Assembly: GCF_040938485.1 (NCBI RefSeq)
Contig: NW_027271853.1
Span: 186,001-250,000, forward strand
DNA length: 64,000 nt
Reading direction: 5' to 3'
Source: Diadema antillarum
Lineage: Eukaryota
Positions 12,660-25,833 of this stretch are shown here, piece after piece (the stretch's first letter is position 1; each line of letters begins with the position of its first letter). The notes beneath the pieces were generated by a model. That model made no database searches, was not told the origin of the DNA, and was given only the letters and a program-made list of their open reading frames with translations. The position numbers and the translations under genes were made by a program.

Positions 12660-13370
12660 GACTGTTGACTCTTATACGTCAAGACCTCTCCAAAGTGCCA
12701 ACTGCAAAGGCTCTCCAACGTGTTACAAGTGCTCCAGACCTGCCCGTCCAATGACGCATCAACGAAGTTCAACTTTCAACACTCCAGTGTAATAACAACA
12801 TCATTAACTTTCTGTCAGAACGAGCTTGTTTACAAGGTCCTTGTTGGTCATCGCACAACGGGTTTCGAAGTTCTCCTCAGCACGATAAATCAAATCTTTG
12901 CTCAACCTCAACAAAGCATCTCTTTCTGATCTTCGTTCCCTGCTGGCAGGAACACAGTGTTTCACAGTGTGATAAACACAGTGTGAACACAGTGTAAAAT
13001 CTTTTAACACTGTTAAATTCGAGCGGTTTAACAGTGTGAACACAATATAAGTCATCAATTCACCGTGTGAAACAAAACATTACTATAATGTGAACACTCT
13101 GTGAAAACCACACCACAGTGTGAAATCATCTTCACACTGTTAAATTCGAGCGTTTTCACATAGTCGACTAGGTGAACACACTGTGAACACACTGTGGGAC
13201 ACTGTGTTCTTTCCAGAAGGGAATTTCTTTACAATCTTTATATTATCTTCTCGTCCCCAAAACTAAACTATCACGGACAGATAAAGCATCTATGTCAGCT
13301 AGCAGTGACGGATGGTGAGATTTTAAATAACTTTAAGATTAAACTAAAAACTCATATCTTGACCGAAACA
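12660..13370 (+). mobile_element. Degenerate L2/CR1-group LINE 3' ORF2 fragment, interrupted by a MITE
   Basis: Broken translations ALQRVTSA, LVYKVLVGH, VPKTKLSRTDKA and FKIKLKTHIL resemble the L2 ORF2 C-terminus (LQRVQN..A, LVYK.L.G, FK..LKTHL). Confidence 0.55.
12938..13221. mobile_element. 284-bp MITE-like element with imperfect TIRs and internal ACAGTGTGAAC repeats
   Basis: Left CCCTGCTGGCAGGAACACAGTGT versus reverse complement of right end CCCTTCTGGAAAGAACACAGTGT; no TSD identified. Confidence 0.7.
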
Positions 13371-13899
13371 CTTCGTAAAGATGAATATGGTGTGCCTGCA
13401 TGTGACTAGAGAACTATGTATCTTATCACGAGCACTACCATTTTTGCGCACCTTTGGGACCTGGAATGAATGGTCCTCGAGGAAGACGTGGCGTTATAAA
13501 TGTCTTCATATTTCATCATTATGAGAAGGGCAAGACGGCGTTTGTTTAAAAAAAAAAATTAAAAAGCTAAAGTGGATTTATGAGTTATGAATAGGTATAT
13601 TGTATAAATCAGGGTGACTTAAGAAGGACATTTTTGTTGCTAGTTTCTTGTGAGGAGAATGATTTTTGTTTTCATTGACAGTAAGGAGTTGGTAAGAGCT
13701 TTGTTCTGAGTGAATCACACCCGTTTCTTATATGTTTACACCACTGGTAATATATCATTTTCTAAAATAGAGCTAAGATTGATAATAGATAATCATGTTG
13801 ATATGTCATCCCTTTGGAGTATACTGTCTTTTTTTTCAATTGTTGGGAAATGATCCGACCTTTGATAATAAGTATTAAAACAAAAACTTAAGTAGGCCC

Positions 13900-14680
13900 A
13901 ATTGCACCAGAATGCATTTAATCACACAATGACTGATGAACGCACGATAATATCTGCCATTGAATTTGGTTTCACTTGGTCATAGCTTTATCTTCTGTAT
14001 CGCTCTAAGAAGCAATCCTTCTGGTGGTTTAAATTTCCTTTATGACCAAGATGACGAATGCTGACATGATGAGAAACTCTTTAATCTTGCTAGAAGCCTT
14101 TTGATCGATACTTAAAGAAAATAAGAGTCGAATTTTGCTGCAAAGTTACCTCTTGATAATTATCTTTCACATGGGGAAAACTGAATTGCAAGGTAATTAT
14201 TGCTGTGAATCGGTTCTTGGCCAACCTAGCTGATAGCCGTCTGCTTTTATTAGATCTCACACAGGATATAGCTTGACATGTTAATTGCAACTTAGTAACA
14301 GTTGTTAGAAGAGATGATATGAAACGTCAAATCACAATTGATGCGCACTTGTCTTTCATGTTGGCATAATTTTTACAATACATATTGCTTTTCCAGCATT
14401 AATATGATATGATATTACCTATCCCATCACAGTTGACGTGCACTCACCATTAATGCATTATTGCTTTTGCAGCATTAACAATATCCAGCGTCAATCATAA
14501 AAACCAAAAACCAAACATACACAAAAAATGATTTAGAATGTGCCGTAAAATAAAAGTCAGATGATAGCATGAACAATAAAGGATTGGTCAGGACTACCTC
14601 TATAGGTCTACATATGAAGAGTTTCATTGCAAAACGACCTAACTCCATTCTTGTAATATATGATATTTGCAACTAAAGCT
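13900..14680 (-). mobile_element. Highly degenerate non-LTR reverse-transcriptase remnant
   Basis: Colinear traces CRPIEVVL (cf. NYRPIS.L), TAIITL and a D..KA-like segment (cf. ST..AL...D.SKAFD); many disruptions. Confidence 0.35.
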
Positions 14681-15697
14681 GCTAAAAAACAAATAAAATA
14701 ATAAGAAAATACAGGATATTTTGCTCTATCTGACGATGGACTTTGAAATGTTTAAAAATGGCGCTTAGCTCATTTTGCAACAAAACTCTTCAAGATCTTC
14801 TAGCAGCTGCAACTACGTAACTCACAAGTGTACAATGCAAGTGTCTACATATTTCATATATAATCACATACACACAGATACATTTTACATGAAGTGAAAT
14901 CTCTGAAAGTATAGGCACGTCAGTAACCTGCAACAAAGGCAGAGTTGTACCGGTGCTGTGTAGATACAGAACAAAAATTTTCCATATCGCGCCGGTGGCT
15001 GAATGAGTCGTTCAACAAAATAAAAACATGTCTCTACAACAGTGGCAAGCCACTACCGGCACGCCCTTCTCATATAGACTTTGTTATCCTCGCAAGCATT
15101 CTGGAAAGAATATCTTGCACTTTTGTTAAATACATGTATACAATGTAACGATATTCTTAGCATAAATGTGGCAACAACCTATATCAAACATTAGAAACTA
15201 AAATATGACTTAACGACGTTGTTGTCCTAAAATCTTTGTTTCATTTTCCAGCCTCACCTATACAAGACAACGCACTAACAATGAGAAACTGAAATTCAAT
15301 CACCATAAATCAACACAATTTACATAAAAGTTTGATGAATAAGATGATTACGTTTAGGAATATCACATGCTTTACTAACAGGTGCAATTATAATTGATTA
15401 CCTCGTGATTGTAAATTCACCAACTCTGTTTTACCATGTTAACTACTCGTGCCTGTAACTCTGTATTGAATAAAGAATTAATATCATACCTGTACCATAT
15501 ACAGTAGCTTTATGCAAACTTGTTCATATTCAGACACTGTTGTCACAATGCAACTTAATTAATGTCCTAAAAATATATCCTTGTTTTCGTCCATATATAG
15601 CTGGAGTGGGATTTTGCAATATTTTGTCAGCTAGCTTATATGATATTATCTTATACCCTATCGGTTGAGTCAATGTAAATCCACTGGCTGAATTCAT

Positions 15698-16642
15698 TCA
15701 AAAAATCAAGGTCATGGGGCGTCTTCTGAGATCACTAAACGCCTCACGAAATAAACGATCTCTGTAGCCGTAGATGAACGGATTGACGGCCGAATTTATG
15801 CCGACACTAATGATGCTGACTTGGGCAAGAGCAGACTGGTGAACGTCGTTCAACAGTGACAGTTCAACACCCAGTTGTATTTGCGTGGGGACACAACAAA
15901 ATATAAAGATGAAAACAATGATGGAGATTGTTTGGGCCGCTTTGAAATTCTTGATCAATAATTCACGATTCTCCCGATTCCTTCCAAAAGCTTCGTTTGC
16001 CTGAAATATCACGCGGGACTGTTTGAAAGCAATTTGTAATATACGGACGTTGATTGCTGTTAACGTAAGGATTACAAATGCACTGCCCACAAACACGATC
16101 ATATTCAGGGCCCACAAATAAGGGTCACCGACGGGAATTCCCTGGCACTTAATAGTAATAACCATGGCGTTTCTGGAAGCGAGCAAATAACACCGTACTA
16201 AAAATGATGCACTTAGTATCGGATAGATGATCGCAATTACACGTTGGACGCGTTTAGTGGTCACGATGGTGGCGTAGCGCAGTGGTCTAGTGATCGCGAT
16301 ATACCTGTCGACCGAAACTGCGATTATCTGGGCAAAAGAAACAGCACTGAAGATAATTAATGGTGCCGTAAATAAAATCCCATCGAAGGAATCACAACGG
16401 GTCGTGCTTGAGAGGTTGAAATAAAGATATAAAGGAATACCAAGAAATCCGATGAAGAAATCGGCCACAGCAAGACTTCCGATGATGAGGTATGCTGGTG
16501 TCCGCAAACGATGGTATCTGTAAACTGCAAATACCACCAAGCTATTTCCAACAACGCTACAAACTATTATTGGTAACACGCAAGTCAGGAGTAAAGCAGT
16601 GTTCAGCGGGGTAACTACCGTGATATCCGTTGCATTCGTCAT
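15698..16642 (-). CDS. Class A GPCR, odorant-receptor-like family (receptor 3, 314 aa)
   Basis: 7-TM ORF with GNSLV, LRTPAY, LAVAD, DRY, KAAQT, CCVP, NPFIY; very short N-terminus with NAT sequon. Confidence 0.95.
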   Translation of the reverse strand: MTNATDITVVTPLNTALLLTCVLPIIVCSVVGNSLVVFAVYRYHRLRTPAYLIIGSLAVADFFIGFLGIPLYLYFNLSSTTRCDSFDGILFTAPLIIFSAVSFAQIIAVSVDRYIAITRPLRYATIVTTKRVQRVIAIIYPILSASFLVRCYLLASRNAMVITIKCQGIPVGDPYLWALNMIVFVGSAFVILTLTAINVRILQIAFKQSRVIFQANEAFGRNRENRELLIKNFKAAQTISIIVFIFIFCCVPTQIQLGVELSLLNDVHQSALAQVSIISVGINSAVNPFIYGYRDRLFREAFSDLRRRPMTLIF

Positions 16643-17707
16643 TTTTGCTAAATTTTAAGATTTTGACGATATCACATCCACAGTCATGACTTGGAAAAGA
16701 ATAAGACGATGATCCAACAGTAATGAAATCACGATTTGATATTCAAAATTATCAATTTTTTAACCTGCGTGTCAGCCGTGGACGCTGAACGTCATTGTTG
16801 TGAAATCAAGCTCAGTCGCACAAAATTGTTCTGCGATTGGAACGTAATAGTCTTGTCGCCTCCCGTCCTTCAAAGGCCGGGAATTGAAAGCTTTTACGTA
16901 GTCGAGAGAGCGTCGGGCTGTGTCTAACGCCCGATTAAATCATACTGGTTTGATGTGATTCACGCCTTCTGCTTTTGAGTGCATTCTCCTCAACCATAAT
17001 TATTTCGCTTGCTATTATTCAAGTACAGAATAAAAAGCGATGCATCCATGCTGCTCCGCCAATGTTACACCATTAATAGTAATCATTATGATAACCATGG
17101 TAGTTATCAATCAATATACATAAAGTGAATAATCGGTTGTCATAATGTTTGAGAGAACAATAATTACATATTTTTCTTCATTGTGGTGCTAGTTGCTTCA
17201 AGTAGAGCAAGGCTTGATAATTACTTATGACAAGCTGTTGCTATAGCCAAGCAAAAACTGTATTTAAATGTGTAATCTCCATCACTGAACGGCTTCATTG
17301 TGTTGTGAAATCCGTACTCCTTCGTCAACGATACACTTGTTTCAAATGAATGAACACTAATAATGACAAAAACAGGCGCTGAAGTAAATTGAAGTCCATG
17401 CACCAAGGTTTTCTTTGTTTCGCTTCTAAAACTCAGGTGTTCAGGACTTGTGCTAAAAGAGAAGCAATATGTAAAAGAAGTTTAAGAGAATAATCATGTA
17501 CAAATGGAATTTTAAGGCTTGAATTGTTCATATTACAAAGTCACTGACACTATTCCGGGCAACATAGCAACGGGTAGGACAGAGCAGATTCTTCCAGAAA
17601 TGTAGGCTCTTTGAAAGTTATATAAATCTGTACTCGATTTATACTATCAAGGCATATGCATTTACATACAAACGTACAATACATACTGTTATATACATGT
17701 ATATTCA

Positions 17708-17708
<1 letters not shown>

Positions 17709-17763
<55 letters not shown>

Positions 17764-17779
17764 GTATATGTGTATATAC
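17709..17779. repeat. (TA)n microsatellite
   Basis: Long, slightly interrupted TA run next to a gap. Confidence 0.95.
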
Positions 17780-17843
17780 ATAGATGTATTATTATGCTAT
17801 ACATAGATATATTATTATGCATTCATGTATCCAATACTACAAA

Positions 17844-17983
17844 NNNNNNNNNNNNNNNNNNNNNNNNNNNNNNNNNNNNNNNNNNNNNNNNNNNNNNNNN
17901 NNNNNNNNNNNNNNNNNNNNNNNNNNNNNNNNNNNNNNNNNNNNNNNNNNNNNNNNNNNNNNNNNNNNNNNNNNNNNNNNNNN
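17844..17983. other. Assembly gap (140 N)
   Basis: Run of N. Confidence 1.
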
Positions 17984-18834
17984 CCGATAAGCATTTATAA
18001 TATTGTGACAATGCAACGAGTTCCTCTGAGTCCAAACTAGCCGAATGATCATCGGTGATCATCGGACCGTGGCTGCGTCTACGAGGGTCATTCTCCCCTT
18101 TATTTAATGGAATATATTATTGTCAGCCTGGGCCATGATGTTAGTCGAATGCGTTTCTCCTGCCCTTTAACAACATGCTCTAATTGCCTTTAACGTATCA
18201 CATTTGTTGTTCCTAATATGTGAAAAAACTCATCAATCTTCGTAGACACTTCCTTTCGCTTGATACTTATTAAAGATCTCGTGATATCTTATGTTTGGTC
18301 CAAGTTCAGTTGCAATAATATCGCTGTGAAACGGCTAGGCTGGCGGCTTATATTAGACACGACACACGATGTCGCTTGACATGTTAACTACAGCTCACGG
18401 AAAGTAATTAGAAGCGCTAATATAAGCAGTCGAAACACAGTTGATGTGCACTATCTTTCATGATGACATTTTACAGCACATACATCATAAACATGCTTTC
18501 GAAGCATTTATTAGGTTGATTATTCAGCGTCAATCGTTAAAAAACTCCAGCAAGACATGTTACTCAGCATGTACCGTGGAAACAAGGTCCGATATCATCA
18601 ACAATTCAAGATTGATGGAGGAGCGCGGCTATGTTCATAAAATCTTCCAGCCTATGTTTCGACGCACTTTGGAAACGTTTTATTGCCGCATAATCCAGCC
18701 TTTCACTACCCCTACACACTTTGCAAAATTATCTTGTAAGTGTTAATTTTTTTGAAGAAATTTTCATAACCCCCCCTCTCTCTCATCTCTTAGAAAATGA
18801 TTTAACTTCTACATGCAAAATTGCAATTGTTTAA

Positions 18835-19124
18835 AAGGGGTCATCCCACGAGAGCGACATCCACGTGTTAAACAACCCAGCAGTCCGACATTGAAAAAAA
18901 AATGTCCATGAGTCATTCAGCCCACGAGTCATAAAGCCCATGAGTTCGATGCTAATATAGGTAAAAAATAGCACATGCACGAGTTCGTTATTGCAACACG
19001 GGGCTTAATATGTCGGTCTGTGGGCCTTGTTGCTTAGTGTCAAACTTGTGGGTTGTATGACTCGTGGGCTTATGATTCATGGGCTGTAAGACTCGTGGGT
19101 GTCGGTCTGGTGACGTGCACCCGT
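18835..19124. mobile_element. MITE-like element with inverted arrays of CCCACGAGTCAT-type subrepeats
   Basis: CAGCCCACGAGTCATAAAGCCCATGAG on the left mirrors GACTCGTGGGCTTATGATTCATGGGCTG on the right; related right halves at about 34250-34925 and 62680-63365. Confidence 0.5.
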
Positions 19125-20912
19125 TTAAGATAGCATCCAATAATAATGAGTGCACACAGCCCTCAAGGAAGTTTAGAACTTTGGATGTTTCTTTTCAATT
19201 TTGAATTTAATTAATACATTTACCGTTTGAAAGTGACGATGGGCGAAAAATCGTCAGACAAAATCGAAATATCTATACAATAATCAACGTCAATCCAACA
19301 ACCTTTATAAATCAAAACATAACACATGCTTATCAATCTTTTCAGAAACATCTGCTTTATTGCACCGATTCATCCAATGAAAGCACTTGAAAACAGAACA
19401 TTCAAATTCAGTCAGCACATACACGTCAAGTCTCACGCCTCAGGCGTCTTTCTCAATCTCACACGCTTTTCAAACTTTTTTGTCACGCCTCACAAAATAA
19501 ACCCACTACACACACATACAGACACATACCAATAATATGGATTCCAAGAATCAAAAGAGTCACATTTTGAGACAAAATTTGTTCTAATCCCAAACGTTAC
19601 ATTTATTATGCACCAGATGATTGCACGATTTACAGCTTGAAAAGGCTAAAGTGCTGTGGCGCCGCAAAATTTCACGCCTATATAGCTGCTTTTTGGCCTT
19701 TACATGTATTTCAGCAGAAACTAACGCAATGAACATTACATCTTAATGAACTAGACAATTTCTTTTTGAAAATACATGCTTTACTAACAAGTACAATTAT
19801 TTCTCCATTGTTAAATTACCAAATAGGAATAATTATCTGTCTTTGCCCCTATTCATTTAACCCCTGCTTTTTCTTTATAATTTACTGAAATAAGTAGTCC
19901 TACAAATTTCAAGTCTGAGTATTTTACATGTAATAGGGATGAATTTGTTTCGTGAATACTAGCCTGGTATGTTGCAATTATCAATAATCTGCTATACAGT
20001 GAATGTTTATTGTTATTGAATAATGTCCGACGGCTCAAATCGTTTACACAAAATTTACATGCTTCTATGGTATATGTTCTGCATGTAATTACAATCATTG
20101 AATAACAGTAGTAGTGTTTTAATCAACTCTAAGAATGTGCATTAAAATTAAAAAAATCAGTCTGTTCTGACAGGTTTCTTTGAATGAACATGAAGTTAAA
20201 TAAATTGTTGAACTGTAATGAATTTTACTTTCTTGATTTCCCTTAATCTCCCAGCAGTTGTTCCACTGAATGAGACTGGAAATTCTATACTTATTTCGAT
20301 ATACAAAAAAAAAAACCAAACACTTATTTAGATATCATGCCTCTGAATACAATCAGCCTCAAAAGCTTTCAATACTTTATTTTCTAATGCAGTTTCGTCA
20401 AGTTCCAGTGACCATATGGCGAATCCGTAGGCCGTCGTGATCGCTTTAATTAATATGTCAAATCATTACCATTTGCGCTCCTTTGTTCCGTGGATAGAGC
20501 CATAGCTCTATTACCATACAAATTTTATGCACCTTATACTGTTATACACCTCCAGATATTATGGGAGCACCAAATTCGACGTACAATGTCCTTGGATAAA
20601 TATACATCCTTGTATTCATCCTTATATACGTCTACCTCAAGAAAATCAAATACTGTACATACGTATTCGCCATTAGGAGTTGTTTTCAAGGATTACATGT
20701 ATTGTGACCTCCGGATGATTTTCAGACTTGTAAAGCTGCATACATCTCTAATTATTGGTTATACTGTGTATATCATAAGATGTTATTAAGATATAAAGAT
20801 ATTTTGAGAAACATTCGGTCGTATTTCTCGTTACATCTAGTGAACTATTATTTGCTATATCTGTCTAGGACGTGTAAGCCTACTAAGCTATGCGTACACT
20901 TATATACATATA

Positions 20913-20953
<41 letters not shown>

Positions 20954-21121
20954 TCAAACAGGCACAGAAACACTTCCACATCAATGTTACGTTATACGCC
21001 TAAGTATTATTCCAAGGCATTAATATTGCTTTTTTTAAGGGGGATTAGGGAGGGGGCGATTTTGTCTATTGAAATCTTAACCTATCGCTTCAGTCAGTGC
21101 AAATCTTGAGACTAAGATCAG

Positions 21122-22081
21122 TTATAAAATCAAGGTCATAAGACGCCTTCTGAGATCACTAAATGCCTCGTGAAACAAACGATCCCTGTAGCCGTAGATG
21201 ATCGGATTGACAGCCGAATTAAAGCCCGCGCAGATGATGCTGACTTGGGCAAGAGCGGATTGATGATAGTCGTTCAATTGCGATAGTTCGATACCCATCT
21301 GTATTTGCGTGGGGACGCAACACACGATAAAGATGAAAACAACCAATGAAAACGTTTGTGTCGCTTTAAAATTCATGATCATTATTTTGCGATTACCCCG
21401 ATTTCTTCCGAAAGCTTCATTCACCTGAAGTATCATGCGCGACTGTTTGAAAGCAATGTGTAATATGCGCACGTTGATAAACGTCAAAGCGAAGTGAACA
21501 AGAATGCTGCCTACAAGCAAACTCAGATTCATGACCCACAAGTTGGGGTCAGCAACGTATTTTCCGGGGCACTTAATAGTTATCACTTTTGCGTTTTGGG
21601 ATGAGAGCACGTAAGATCGCATTATGAAGAACGCGCTTTGTGTAGTGCACGTAAATGCGAGCACGCATTTGACGCGCTTAGTGGTGACTATGGTGGCATA
21701 GCGCAGTGGTCTAGTGATAGCCAAATAGCGATCGGCAGACACTGCGATTATCTGGGCAAAAGACAAGGCGTCGAGAATCATTAATGGTGCTGTGAACAAA
21801 ATCCAATCAAAGGAATCACAACTTGTAGTAGTGGAGATGTTGAAATAAAGATACAAGGGAATGCCGATCAATCCGATAAGGAAATCGGACATAGCAAGAC
21901 TTGCAATGATGAGGTATGTTGGAGTCCGCAGACGATGGTACCTGTAAACTGCAAATACCACCAAGCCGTTTCCAACAATGTTGCCAAATATCATTGGCAA
22001 CAAGCAAATCAAGAGCAAGGCAGCATTCAGTGGGGTAACTACGGTGCTGTTTGCCTGTGTAGTGTCTACTGCATCCGCCAT
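21122..22081 (-). CDS. Class A GPCR type A, unit 1 (319 aa)
   Basis: 7-TM ORF from ATG 22081 (MADAVD; ORF-track start 22189 is TTG) with LRTPTY, LAMSD, DRY, KATQT, CCVP, NPIIY. Confidence 0.95.
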   Translation of the reverse strand: MADAVDTTQANSTVVTPLNAALLLICLLPMIFGNIVGNGLVVFAVYRYHRLRTPTYLIIASLAMSDFLIGLIGIPLYLYFNISTTTSCDSFDWILFTAPLMILDALSFAQIIAVSADRYLAITRPLRYATIVTTKRVKCVLAFTCTTQSAFFIMRSYVLSSQNAKVITIKCPGKYVADPNLWVMNLSLLVGSILVHFALTFINVRILHIAFKQSRMILQVNEAFGRNRGNRKIMIMNFKATQTFSLVVFIFIVCCVPTQIQMGIELSQLNDYHQSALAQVSIICAGFNSAVNPIIYGYRDRLFHEAFSDLRRRLMTLIL

Positions 22082-24935
22082 ATCGTCACTTTGAAAAAGG
22101 CAAGACACGAGGTACAACTTCCGTTGCAAGTCTTTCCACAAGATCCAAAATTCGATGGTCACCCGCACTGAAAGCGATCTGTCGCGCAATCTAGCTTAGC
22201 AGCAATATCTTAGTGGTTCAACTCTCCTTTTCATCACCTCCAGCTCATGCGCACTCAACTCTCCTTTATGTGGGAACGAGCACGATTGCAAAGTGTGCTG
22301 GCCTTTTTTAGACTTCAGGTGAACAAAATAAGCGCTTTGATCTCGAGGACGGGGGAGTGTTTAGTAGCACTTCCAATCAACTGATTGCTGTTCCCAGGTC
22401 ACTCACGTACTTCACCTTTTAATATGCTGATGTGCCAATCATGTTCCTTTCTCACCTTCATATAGATAAAAAGATTATATTCACCATGACGTTGTCATTG
22501 CGAATAATAGATTCATATCAATTGACTTATATCTGTGATTATTGGCCATACAAATTGATTTGGTCTGATGACCAATAACGTATATTTCAGAAGCTACATC
22601 TCCACTGGGTCTCAATCAAGCAAGTGGATTGATCGAGCAAATAATTGTGCGAGAGATAAGGCTATCAGAATCAAAATATCATTATAAGGACTTACGGAAG
22701 TGAGTGACAAGGAAACTTCATCAACTGAGGGGACAGAGAGTTTTTATGAAATACTAGACAGTATAAAGAATCATCGCTTTTTTAACTAGTCATTAAAAAG
22801 TTCATAGGCCTAATGCAATTGTAATGTACGTCATCATGATATATCAGTGATTACTTGAAACAAACGACAATGTATTTAAGCAAATCTTTCTTGCTGTATT
22901 TGTGTTGCATGGAGGAAGGAGCTAATACCTTTATATGTTTTAAGACATTTTCTTGAATTTTCCGAGGAAATTAAATGCTAGTAAGATGACCCCTAGTGAA
23001 CGTGTATAATACGCCTAAAAACATTGATTGATTTTGGAAACCGAGCGTACAGATAAAGAAGGAAACCTGAGAGCACTTGCGATTATGAAAGGGCTAATGG
23101 GTGAATGGAGTATATTTATAAGCTCTACATTTTTTATTATGTAATTTTATGTAAATGCTTATCACATTTTCTATTTCATTTTCAACTTATTTTCGTATTT
23201 CTTCATGAAAAAATAAATATAACAAAATTAGATGATACATAATGTCCAACATGGACGCAATATATAATAAAGGGAAATGCAGGGAACTGTGATGATTAAT
23301 GCTAAAGTATTCCCTATATGCGATTATGTGGATAACAACTATATTATACAGGTAAAGACATGGGTAAAATGTGAGTAGAAATCAATTATTTCATTGATAA
23401 GAGGAAAATAAGGTAGTAATTGACGCATCGACCGAGAGAGAGAGAGAGAGAGAGAAAAGGGATGTGGTTGTGAAAGTAAGATGAAACTATGTAATTAATA
23501 ATACCGTTCTCTGTAGAAAGAGGCAAACCCTAATTATTATGTATGTACAAAATGGACAAAATCAACTTGATACAATTTGTCTCTGTGGCATTGTTTAAAT
23601 CTTGGCGAAGAAATCTTCCCAGCAGGATTGCTTCGTGTATGGAATGGGTGCATAGTTGATATGCACACAGTTTTGTAATTATTTTGTAAGGCCTACGTAC
23701 TGCCACTGGCTCTAGCATTAGGTCTTGAAAAAAAGGTCTCAATCACTAGCTAAATTGTAAGTTTGCTTACCTCTAAAGCATCCTGTATTTGACTACTTTC
23801 TTAGTACGTGTATTTGCTGCTTCACTATCACTCTTGATGAAAAATGCGTTGAGATCCTTATGAGAGATGAGAACGAAACTCGGGTGAGTAGGGGTAGCCA
23901 TGTAGGCCTACTAATATTCGCGTGTAAAACAAAATACAGACCTGAACGGTCCCTGATCGTTGCGGAGTGTAGTGAACCGCATGGCCGTGGACTATCGGTT
24001 GCGCGCTGGCCCAGCGGAAACGGTTACGCGTATGCGTCAATGCCAGCTGTACGATACACGAGTTAGTGTGTCGTAGGAACTACTGCGCTGCTGGCTCGCT
24101 TGATTTACCTTTCAATAGTCGACTATTTCATTTCATTTCATTTCATTTCATTGCACTCACTATTGCACTGTCAGCGATAGTGAGCGTGGAATAGCTGATT
24201 CTTCTGAATGTCCAATTTGATGATAAGATTCCATACATGTGTTGTATAATGTGTGATAAATAATATTTTGATATTCTACATGCATTGATGTATGGGTGTG
24301 GGTTTAAAGGCACTTCGGCCCATATAGATAACAACTATCAAGCATTCTACGGTTGCGTAGTTGCACTCTCGCAAGGTTGTATACAACCTGTATACAGGTC
24401 TTTTGTTTTGTATGTATGTATGCATGTATGTTGTATTTTAAGGGAGGCGTTCTGATTGGCTAAAAACCTTACACCCATTCCTGAATTTGGGCTATCCAGC
24501 CTTCTTTTTTGGTTGAAAATGAAACAAACACACAAAACCGTCAAACACCATCGAAAAATTAGGCTTTATAACATTTATATATTTATTCAGTCTATTTTGT
24601 GGTAGATTTATCAATGTTTTTATTGCAGTCATTTTCTTATTTGATTTATAGGTCCATCATAAAACAATCTAAATACTACAAGTTTGCATATTACAGTTAA
24701 TCAGTGAAACATGGAATCGCATAAGAACAACTTTTCTGTTTAGATTACGTGTATCTAATGTGAAGTAAACATATCTAATGTAACGTATCAGACATCAGTT
24801 GTCATATACATGCATGGAATAGTATTAGACACGAGGAAATAAATCTACGCTAAGCGCTGTAACTGAAATCTTCAGAGGAATAGCATAACTATGAAAATAT
24901 ATAGCATCAGGTCCCTCAGGAAAGAAAGACAAAAA

Positions 24936-24966
<31 letters not shown>

Positions 24967-25270
24967 AACAGGGAGAAAGTGGAACATACATCTACACACT
25001 AGTTCACATGAAAATTTCACACACACTTTTCCACCAGTTGGGTGTTCAAGAAAAAAAAAAGAATTTGCTTGTAAAAGTGGCTTTCCGTGTAATGCCTGTA
25101 ATATGCAAAATAAAAGTGGAAATATGTCCAAAAAAAAAAACCTCACACACAAGCTTGAAAGTATACATAACTTTAATATAACGGACACGAATACACTTGT
25201 TTTGCCTCACTTAAGAACACTGTAATGTATGACAATTATATGTGAATATACATATATATATGAATATATA

Positions 25271-25798
25271 CACTGCAAAAAGTCCGGTGTTAAATAGTGA
25301 ACACCGAGCTGGTGTTAAATTTTCGGTGCTCATTTATGGTGTTAAATTAACACCTATGGGTGTCATTTCCAAATTTTAAACTGTTTTTTGAAGAGTTTCT
25401 TAGTAACTGCACTTCTTGTTGATTTTTAATTTAAACAAGACGATCAAGAATTTTACATTAAAATACTAGATTTTTGAAAAAATGTGAAAATAAATTTACA
25501 CCAAAGTAACACCAGCTGGTGTGGTCCCGTATTGAAGCTGGACGGGTGTTAAACCATTGATATTAACACCAGCAAATATCAAATCAACACCATGTGGTGT
25601 CATTTTTGAATTAACACCAGTACAGTGTCAAAACAACACCAGGTACAGTGTCAAATTAACACCACGAAGTGTCAGGTGAACAAATTTCAACACCATCAGA
25701 GTGCATTTTTAACACCTGTGGGTGTGGTCCCTTATTGAAGTTTGATCGGTGTTAGATTTAACACCCGTGGTGTTAAATCTAACACCGATGTTTTTACA

Positions 25799-25801
<3 letters not shown>
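25271..25801. mobile_element. 531-bp CACTG-ended non-autonomous DNA transposon (CMC/EnSpm-like), 2-bp TSD TA
   Basis: CACTGCAAAAA...TTTTTACAGTG termini, many AACACC/GGTGTT subterminal repeats, flanked by TA within a (TA)n tract. Confidence 0.85.

Positions 25802-25831
<30 letters not shown>

Positions 25832-25833
<2 letters not shown>

Noticed and set aside
25271-25801. CRISPR-like array in the AACACC/GGTGTT or ACAGTGTG repeats
   Set aside because: Irregular short subterminal repeats in both orientations inside eukaryotic MITEs; no constant repeat-spacer period and no cas genes
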